From IMG/VR virus record IMGVR_UViG_3300021399_000148: a stretch of DNA of 20,000 nt; one strand, 5' to 3'. Of the stretch, positions 13,987 to 20,000 are shown one piece after another. Under the pieces are notes generated by a model that made no database searches, was not told where the DNA came from, and saw only the letters and a list, made by a program, of their open reading frames with translations. This stretch comes from an uncultured virus (IMG/VR IMGVR_UViG_3300021399_000148) (Duplodnaviria > Heunggongvirae > Uroviricota > Caudoviricetes). Numbering within the stretch: position 1 is the first letter of the stretch; each line of letters starts with the position of its first letter. The position numbers were made by a program, and so were the translations under genes.

Positions 13987-14841
13987 CTACTTCACAGTAC
14001 ATCTATTAAGATAGGTCTGATTCACTCCGTTATAAGTCTCATGGCGCTTCACAGTTCCAGTCAACTCACACCATTCATTAATCTCCAATCCAAGTTCCTT
14101 AGAGGTCATCCACACAAGAGTTTCTCCGTTATAGGAAAACTGGTAAATATAGCTAAGTCCATAAGTACCGCTATATTCTCTTACACTGACAAGCTGTACG
14201 TTGAGAGCGCGCAGCCGTTCTCCAATCCGTCCTACAAAGTTTCCATTGCCTAGCCCAACCTTTAAAGAAGCAATATACTCAGCTCCTATAAATTCGGGTT
14301 CTCTTTCATCGGTCGCGGTGAACTCATACACATCAGCAAGACTAATCTTTACAGTTTCATACCCTTCAGATAAGTCTTCAATCTTATGATCACCATGCCA
14401 TCCGAGTTCTTTGTTAAACTTATATCCTTCTTTCTTTAACTCTTCCTTAATTGCATAGGTGTTGCCTTTAAGAAAAATCCAAGTTTCTTTTTCGTCGTTG
14501 AATCCGTTGTTGCGCGGCCAGTCGTTCTGACGAGCCTTTAATCTTCTTTCTTTCAGTTCCTCGGCTTTGTTTCTTCTATTCTCTGCCGCCTTCTGAAGAG
14601 AAGCATGTTCGGATTCAGTATACAGACGCACGGTCTTCTGTTCTACACCAGTACCGCCGCACTTGAAACAGCTACCTGCATACTGCGTAATACCATTGAT
14701 TACTGCGCCCCAGCCATACACGCCAGTTCCATTGCATCTACTGCACGCGTGCTTTACAATCGTATACTTGCGACCATTTCTATCAAAGGGTTCGCCCACT
14801 CTTTCCCAGTTCTTATACGAATCAGCAGTGTAGTAAGTCAT
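13987..14841 (-). CDS. protein with CxxCxGxG Zn-finger and C-terminal OB-fold-like nucleic-acid-binding domain
   Basis: CSRCNGTG and CFKCGGTG; GNTYAIKEELK..G; FVG.IGER...GTVKRH..YNG..QTYLNR; start moved to MTYY. Confidence 0.75.
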   Translation of the reverse strand: MTYYTADSYKNWERVGEPFDRNGRKYTIVKHACSRCNGTGVYGWGAVINGITQYAGSCFKCGGTGVEQKTVRLYTESEHASLQKAAENRRNKAEELKERRLKARQNDWPRNNGFNDEKETWIFLKGNTYAIKEELKKEGYKFNKELGWHGDHKIEDLSEGYETVKISLADVYEFTATDEREPEFIGAEYIASLKVGLGNGNFVGRIGERLRALNVQLVSVREYSGTYGLSYIYQFSYNGETLVWMTSKELGLEINEWCELTGTVKRHETYNGVNQTYLNRCTVK

Positions 14842-14885
14842 GTGCGTTTCCTTTCTTTTTACTTCTTTTCTCACCTTCTATAAAT

Positions 14886-14914
14886 ATTATATCAAAATTT
14901 CTAGAAAAATTCAA
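14886..14914 (-). promoter_or_regulatory. promoter of the long minus-strand operon
   Basis: TTGAAT-17-TATAAT with extended -10 TG. Confidence 0.8.
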
Positions 14915-14918
14915 ATTT

Positions 14919-14947
14919 AAAAAGAGAGGAATCCTGCGATTCCTCTC
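14919..14947 (-). terminator. intrinsic terminator
   Basis: GAGAGGAATC-4-GATTCCTCTC followed by T5 on the minus strand. Confidence 0.8.
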
Positions 14948-14962
14948 CTCATATTCCCATAT

Positions 14963-15382
14963 TTACCAAGTAGTTGCGATGTCAAATTGATGGGGATTTT
15001 CATAAATGAACTCTCCCGTGTCGCAGACGATTCCTGGGCCAAGGCTTGTCTCTACAATCGTTCCCCTTGGGAATAAATCAAGGTCGGCCGCAACCATCAC
15101 ATAGTCACCGAACATTTTTACACCGTCCTCGCGCACCCAATAGGTATATTCATAACCTAAGCTATACATTTTTTCGAGAACACCAGTCATATCGAGATTG
15201 TAATAGGTTTCCGTACACTGCGGCCCGTCGATCACGCCAAGGTTAGGGGTTAAAACGAGCTGGTCATCGTATACTTCAACGACATCATAAGCACACTTAT
15301 CTTCTATATACTGTTCATCAGCTACATCTCCAGTCACACTCGAAAGAATTATAATGGTTGTTAATACTGCTTCTGTTATCAT
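14963..15382 (-). CDS. exported 3D-domain-like (MltA/RlpA DPBB-type) cell-wall protein
   Basis: N-terminal hydrophobic stretch; VAADL..FPRGT.V.T..G.G.V.DTG...DI motif with three Asp. Confidence 0.65.
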   Translation of the reverse strand: MITEAVLTTIIILSSVTGDVADEQYIEDKCAYDVVEVYDDQLVLTPNLGVIDGPQCTETYYNLDMTGVLEKMYSLGYEYTYWVREDGVKMFGDYVMVAADLDLFPRGTIVETSLGPGIVCDTGEFIYENPHQFDIATTW

Positions 15383-15408
15383 AGCACCTCCGTTGGCATT
15401 GATGGGTT

Positions 15409-15600
15409 TTAGTTTTCATAGGTTAATCCCTCTTGAACAGCTACTACACCATGGACCAATGTAAAGGTTAAGCTATCATTGGTTTCAAAATTAAAAAGTG
15501 CGGGATAGCCGAGCAAAGTTAAGTCTTGCATATTGAAGTAACGATTGAACTCTTCTCGATTTTCAAAAGTAACTGTTTTGTTATTATTAGTCATCAGCAT
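15409..15600 (-). CDS. hypothetical protein
   Basis: Start moved to MLMTNN after AAAGGA; own promoter. Confidence 0.7.
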   Translation of the reverse strand: MLMTNNNKTVTFENREEFNRYFNMQDLTLLGYPALFNFETNDSLTFTLVHGVVAVQEGLTYEN

Positions 15601-15635
15601 TTTATTTTTTTCCTTTCTTTTCATTTTCTATATAT

Positions 15636-15664
15636 AGTATATCAAAAATTTTAAGAAAAATCAA
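15636..15664 (-). promoter_or_regulatory. promoter
   Basis: TTGATT-17-TATACT with extended -10 TG. Confidence 0.7.
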
Positions 15665-15671
15665 ATTTATA

Positions 15672-17279
15672 TTATAAATACCCTTTCACAAAACCAATAA
15701 AATTTTCTAAAAAATGTATAGATATTTTTGTATTCTCCATCGATGCTTTATATTGCCTCTTCCAATTTGCCATATAATACGAAGCATCATTCGAATCATC
15801 CACTGCGGGCGCGGAAATTGTAACTCTCACATAAGAAGAAGGGTTTTGTTCTACACTATTAATGGCAGTGCCAAGTGCAAATAGAAAAGCAGATAAAGGA
15901 ATTAACATACCCTGAAGTCCCATTACATGTATAGCATTGCCGCCTGGATTACCAATAGTAGTATAATCATCAAATAAATAATAAGCAATACCCTCTGCAA
16001 GAACTTGCGATGTCTGTGAGGTATCTCCAGCCATTATTGCTCCTTTACCATTCTGTAATAAATTATAGACAACCTGGTCTATATTGCCAACTATACCACC
16101 TAATAAAGATTTTACTTGTGTTAAATCCCACGCAGTGCCCGCGCTCATACCGCCGCGGCGACGGAAATTTTCATTTAAAGTATAGTTTTTATCATTAACA
16201 TAAACGATAAAACCATTTTTTACTTTCTCTAAATTGGCACCTAAATTACTAAACTCTTTAACTGCTGCGGCTCTAGTAGAATCCTGTTTTTCAACATTGT
16301 CAAAAGCCTGTTGAATTCTACCTCCATTCATACCAAAATAAAAAACATTATCTGCACGAGCATCCACTGCTCCTGCGCCCGCATGAACACCAGCGGAAGC
16401 TGTAACATTTGGTAAACTATTAAGTTTATTTGCAGTCATAGTCAAGCACTGATCAATTAAGACTTCTAAGGAAAGACCACCTTTAGAATGCATCGACTTT
16501 TCCAATTCTTTTTTTACTTTCCCTCTCGCACGATCCATTGTACCCCGTCTTGGCATATAACGTCTTTGAGAAAAAGCCTTAGTAAATTCTTCAGCTACTT
16601 TATCAAGCCCCCAAGCTCGCGCCAGTCCCTCTGTAAACATATTTTGAGTAGGAAATTTTTTTATAAAATTTATAATTTCTAAATAAGCATTTCGATGCTC
16701 TTGATCCATAGAATTTGTTAATTCAACATTGGCATTAAACATTCTTTGAACACCGTCATTGATCAAGTTAGGTAATTCTGCCATAAATACCTCTTTCGCA
16801 GCATCTCCTGCGCTAATAGAAGGTTTCTTAATCATAGTATCAATAATTTTTGTAGTTAAACTAGATTCCATGCTTTTATAGGCTTGCATAAAATAAGTAT
16901 GAAAATAACTAAATACGCCTTTATTTCCTTTGAACTCTTCACTAGTAATTAATGCTTTATTGCGCTCATATATAGTACGAAATTCAAAAGCATCATTGAT
17001 TGCCTCTGTCAACTGTTTAATTGCGCCAGGTTTTGTTAAGTCCAAATGTAAATCCACACCGAAAATTTGCCTTAGCATAGCCTGCTCTTTGTTGGCTTCC
17101 GCCGCGGCCATCGAAAGTATCTTGTTTCCACCTCCAAAACCATGTGTTTCAGAATCTAAAGGTTTATACATAGACATAGCTGAATTATAAACACCAGATA
17201 ATTCTGGACGAGCCTTATGTACAACCGCGTCACGTGTCAATCTTTCAAAATAAACCGCAGACATACTTCCTTTCTGCAT
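15672..17279 (-). CDS. large hypothetical protein, 535 aa
   Basis: Long ORF; start moved to MQKGSM after GGGAGGGAG; family not recognised. Confidence 0.85.
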   Translation of the reverse strand: MQKGSMSAVYFERLTRDAVVHKARPELSGVYNSAMSMYKPLDSETHGFGGGNKILSMAAAEANKEQAMLRQIFGVDLHLDLTKPGAIKQLTEAINDAFEFRTIYERNKALITSEEFKGNKGVFSYFHTYFMQAYKSMESSLTTKIIDTMIKKPSISAGDAAKEVFMAELPNLINDGVQRMFNANVELTNSMDQEHRNAYLEIINFIKKFPTQNMFTEGLARAWGLDKVAEEFTKAFSQRRYMPRRGTMDRARGKVKKELEKSMHSKGGLSLEVLIDQCLTMTANKLNSLPNVTASAGVHAGAGAVDARADNVFYFGMNGGRIQQAFDNVEKQDSTRAAAVKEFSNLGANLEKVKNGFIVYVNDKNYTLNENFRRRGGMSAGTAWDLTQVKSLLGGIVGNIDQVVYNLLQNGKGAIMAGDTSQTSQVLAEGIAYYLFDDYTTIGNPGGNAIHVMGLQGMLIPLSAFLFALGTAINSVEQNPSSYVRVTISAPAVDDSNDASYYMANWKRQYKASMENTKISIHFLENFIGFVKGYL

Positions 17280-17421
17280 CTCTCCCTCCCAATAAAAAAT
17301 GGGCGCATCCTTCCGACCGCCCAAGAGATATATATAAAAAGTCTACTCTATTAACGAGAGACTTGGATTATTCTTCTGTTAATTAAAAGTAGACTTCTTC
17401 ACATAACACTCTAAAATTTTC

Positions 17422-17679
17422 TTACCACAAAGTATTTTCTTCCAAATAACTGGCAGCTTCATTAAAAATTCTCATACCCTCCGCGTTCTCAAAAAGAAGC
17501 AACTCATTCGGAGAAATCGGCTCAATAGTAATTTTATCAATACAATCTTCTCCAAAATAATCACTCATCTTAGAAACCGCCTCGCGCATAGTATCTGCAG
17601 CCACGAACAACCAAGCTATTTGAAGACCTTTTGCCACATCATATTCATCGATAAATCTTACTTCCGCTTTAAAAACCAT
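17422..17679 (-). CDS. acidic hypothetical protein
   Basis: RBS AAGGA; 85 aa. Confidence 0.75.
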   Translation of the reverse strand: MVFKAEVRFIDEYDVAKGLQIAWLFVAADTMREAVSKMSDYFGEDCIDKITIEPISPNELLLFENAEGMRIFNEAASYLEENTLW

Positions 17680-17680
17680 C

Positions 17681-17872
17681 TTACTTCCTTTCCTCTCTTT
17701 GAATCAGCTCTTCCAAAAACTCAATCAAACTTTCATCTTCCACATAATACATGTCTGTACCATGAAGACTTTGCAAGTAACTAATTAACTGCATAAAACG
17801 AAGGTCAGGCAACTCTTCCCAAAAAGTTTCAATTTGCTTTAATACTTTTGGTATTCGTTTAACGTCCCGCAT
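17681..17872 (-). CDS. small phage protein (MRD..RI...W...PDLRFMQLI; DUF1040/YihD-like)
   Basis: Start moved to MRDVKR after GGAGG; PDLR.Q motif. Confidence 0.65.
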   Translation of the reverse strand: MRDVKRIPKVLKQIETFWEELPDLRFMQLISYLQSLHGTDMYYVEDESLIEFLEELIQREERK

Positions 17873-17894
17873 ATAAACCTCCAAGTTATTTGTT

Positions 17895-17980
17895 TGGTGC
17901 GCCCGGTCGGACTCGAACCGACACGACTTTCGTCACGGGTTTTTAAGACCCGAGCGCCTACCTAGTTACGCCACGAGCGC
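17895..17980 (-). tRNA. tRNA-Leu(TAA)
   Basis: Cloverleaf, loop CTTAAAA, long variable arm, encoded CCA. Confidence 0.92.
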
Positions 17981-17999
17981 GCATCACAATTAATAAATA

Positions 18000-18300
18000 A
18001 TGTATTCAAGCCTTCTCCCAACAAATACATTGTGTTCTTCACCGTGTGATATTTCCAGCCTCACACCGCGGCTTTGACAAGAAAGAACGTCCCATACAGA
18101 CACCTATACGTACTCGGCGCCCGCGCTATTCAGGTTGCGACCCTCGCGAATTAAGGCTCTCGCTCATACAGCGGTTATCTCCAACTTCATCCTATTCAGA
18201 AGTGCTACGCCACCAGCAAACAGCCAACCTTTCCTCACAGTATGACTTGTTGATACATAGCAGCTCTATAGCGCCACCATGCTCTCATCTATCTGGTATT
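18000..18300 (-). ncRNA. candidate structured non-coding RNA
   Basis: ORF-free, GC-richer, several hairpins with repeated loop motifs. Confidence 0.4.
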
Positions 18301-18312
18301 GAAAGGATTTTA

Positions 18313-18394
18313 TGGTGGAGATGACCGGATTCGAACCGGTGTCCTCGACAGTTCACTTTGGGTTTAAGCCGAGTCGAACGCCCATCGCATCCCC
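18313..18394 (-). ncRNA. mini-tmRNA (tRNA-like domain only, no mRNA-like domain)
   Basis: GGGGATG/CATCTCC-ACCA acceptor with G3:U70, stemless D loop ending TTCGAC, P2 CTCGGC/GTCGAG, GAC linker, T arm ACCGG-TTCGAAT-CCGGT; 82 nt. Confidence 0.8.
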
Positions 18395-18496
18395 ATATGA
18401 TGGCAAGGGACACCGCCCGCGCCATCAACAGTTTAATTATTATTCTCCTACGCGACCTATCACGGCGAGGTCGCAGTTCTCTCTGCGACATTCCAT

Positions 18497-18571
18497 TGGA
18501 GCTTCGAGAGGGACTTGAACCCCCAACCTAGAGTTTACAAAACTCTTGCGCTGCCATTGCGCCATCGAAGC
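18497..18571 (-). tRNA. tRNA-Thr(TGT)
   Basis: Cloverleaf, loop TTTGTAA, CCA. Confidence 0.92.
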
Positions 18572-18689
18572 TTGAAAAGGTGAACTAAGCTGCGGCTCCA
18601 TCTCGTGTGTTCACCCGCGGGGGTTCCTATACCCGACACACGCCTCTTACCACTTCCGAAGACCGGGTTTAAACAGTTTTCCCTCTGCA

Positions 18690-18766
18690 TGGAGAGTACG
18701 GCTGGATTTGAACCAGCGAATAACAGGGTTGCAGCCTGCTCCCTTAAGCCACTTGGGTACGCACTC
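18690..18766 (-). tRNA. tRNA-Cys(GCA)
   Basis: Loop CTGCAAC, U73, CCA. Confidence 0.92.
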
Positions 18767-18770
18767 TTAT

Positions 18771-18845
18771 TGGTTGAGGAGGTGGGACTCGAACCCACGT
18801 ACTTCAGCTTATGAGGCTGACAAGGAACCGCTCCTCCACTCCTCA
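18771..18845 (-). tRNA. tRNA-Met(CAT); initiator/elongator status uncertain
   Basis: Loop CTCATAA; U1-A72 and A11-U24 present, but lacks the three consecutive G-C anticodon-stem pairs. Confidence 0.85.
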
Positions 18846-18852
18846 ATATAAT

Positions 18853-18927
18853 TGGCGGTTTGTAAGGGAATCGAACCCTTATCTTCGGATCGACAGTCCG
18901 ATATAATAACCACTATACTAACAAACC
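18853..18927 (-). tRNA. tRNA-Asp(GTC)
   Basis: Loop CTGTCGA, G73, CCA. Confidence 0.92.
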
Positions 18928-18930
18928 ATG

Positions 18931-19007
18931 TGGCGGGACATCTAGGACTTGAACCTAGGACCTAACGGTTAACAGCCGTTTGCTACCACCAGCTGAGCTA
19001 ATGTCCC
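18931..19007 (-). tRNA. tRNA-Asn(GTT)
   Basis: Loop CTGTTAA, G73, CCA. Confidence 0.92.
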
Positions 19008-19011
19008 AAAT

Positions 19012-19087
19012 TGGTAGTCCTGGGGAGAGTCGAACTCCTCGTTACGTGGATGAAAACCACGTGTCCTATCCGTTAGACTACAGGACC
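19012..19087 (-). tRNA. tRNA-Glu(TTC)
   Basis: Loop TTTTCAT, CCA; slightly irregular T stem. Confidence 0.85.
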
Positions 19088-19092
19088 AAATT

Positions 19093-19167
19093 TGGCAGCG
19101 AGTGCAGGGTTCGAACCTGCGAATCCTGGAGTCAAATTCCAGTGCCTTACCACTTGGCTAACCCGCT
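19093..19167 (-). tRNA. tRNA-Gln(TTG)
   Basis: Loop ATTTGAC, G73, CCA. Confidence 0.92.
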
Positions 19168-19172
19168 ATAGT

Positions 19173-19286
19173 ACAGTGACTTAGGACTGCTTTCGCTTAA
19201 GTTGAGATTCGAACTCAATCCTTCCACCTTTCGGTGACTGTGCTACCCATACACCTCTCAAGCTACTAACTAATCCATATCACTGT
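19173..19286 (-). ncRNA. tRNA-mimic with GAAA tetraloop in place of the anticodon loop, mounted on an extended helix
   Basis: Cloverleaf 19195-19263 without CCA; AGUA/GAA internal loop; outer stems GGATT/AGTCC and ACAGTGAT/GTCACTGT. Confidence 0.7.
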
Positions 19287-19289
19287 TTA

Positions 19290-19780
19290 AAGTTAGGTTT
19301 CAGCATGCCACCCACAAGCAGTAGAGATTTGCGTAATCTACCAACGAAGCTTAATTAAGTTTGCGGAAAGGAATAGGGAGTTATCCGCCACACTCACATA
19401 TTCCTATTAATAATGATGATAGTATTTTTCCGTTCCCCTCTTTTATAATGCGCCAGCGGTCTGTCAGCTACTATCAAACTCCTCCTTTGCGCTTACTACA
19501 TTTCTCCTTTCGGATGCTCGCCGCTTTTCCTACTCAGATACGGCCCCTGTAGTGGGTGCAGACTGGTTGATTATACGCCCAACAAGTTAACGCGTTTTAT
19601 AAATGGCTTTGTCCTCAAACTGCGGCTCGCATTCATGGCCGAATTTTATGGGTCATGACTCCCAAACTGTTAGTGTTATTGCTTGGCTTTTAGCGGAGGT
19701 CGTCTCCTAGGACTCTTTCATATAGTTTCGCGCGCCTATATGAATTTCACATTGCCATTTTTTTTCTTTCTCTCTTCACT
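19290..19780 (-). ncRNA. candidate large structured non-coding RNA
   Basis: About 490 nt without a long ORF, directly after the promoter; several stems and a pseudoknot. Confidence 0.45.
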
Positions 19781-19790
19781 TTCTATAATA

Positions 19791-19819
19791 ATTATACTAA
19801 AATTCTCAGAAGTTTTCAA
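19791..19819 (-). promoter_or_regulatory. promoter of the tRNA/ncRNA cluster
   Basis: TTGAAA-17-TATAAT; leader ATAGAAAGTGA as in P15 and P16. Confidence 0.8.
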
Positions 19820-20000
19820 ATTTTATTTTTCTTCTCTTTCACCTCTTAATTGAGATTAAGTCAGCCGAGCGTGCAGTTTCAATCACGCGCATCCCACGTG
19901 GATTCAACGAACGTAACTGAGGTAGCTTACGCGGATTTGTGTCTGGCATATAGCTTCTGTCCGTCCACCGCCGCCTTCTGTGGTGTCTCCCCACTGCTTT

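Noticed and set aside
7717..17190. Plus-strand ORFs opposite the minus-strand operon
   Set aside because: Antisense shadows of tightly coupled genes that have good RBSs.
18225..18240. RNase P RNA (GAGGAAAG on the minus strand)
   Set aside because: It continues GTTGG rather than TCC, and no matching 3' P4 strand was found.
18046..19552. ORF-track ORFs across the tRNA cluster
   Set aside because: They overlap tRNAs or structured RNAs and lack RBS support.

Overview
This window looks like a segment of a large phage genome infecting an anaerobic Bacillota (Clostridia-like) host, using the standard genetic code; this is an inference from promoter, RBS and gene content. It has four zones. (1) 1-6300, + strand: an early or host-takeover-like module with 16 near-consensus sigma-A promoters, small ORFs, three paralogous winged-helix proteins and a DEDDh exonuclease. 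Its intergenic spacers carry what look like host transcription-factor operators (five LexA boxes, CodY boxes, a Rex-like box, GntR-like TGTATACA dyads) joined by GC-rich CCGG linkers, plus several small RNA candidates. (2) 5440-7400: repeat-rich, mostly non-coding DNA around the point where transcription converges (GGGAGCTGC repeats, TTGA-N9-TCAA dyads, alternating purine-pyrimidine tracts, 20-bp phased repeats); it could be an origin, genome end or packaging/injection signal. (3) 7426-17872, - strand: about 30 tightly coupled genes, including a YkuK RNase H-like protein, a Lar-like protein, an array of shuffled Zn-ribbon modules, an OB-fold protein, a 3D-domain protein and a 535-aa unknown. 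(4) 17895-20000, - strand: 8 tRNAs interleaved with structured non-coding RNAs. The most striking items are an 82-nt tmRNA reduced to its tRNA-like domain, two further tRNA mimics with aberrant anticodon arms, and the operator cassettes. All calls were made by eye, with no database searches.
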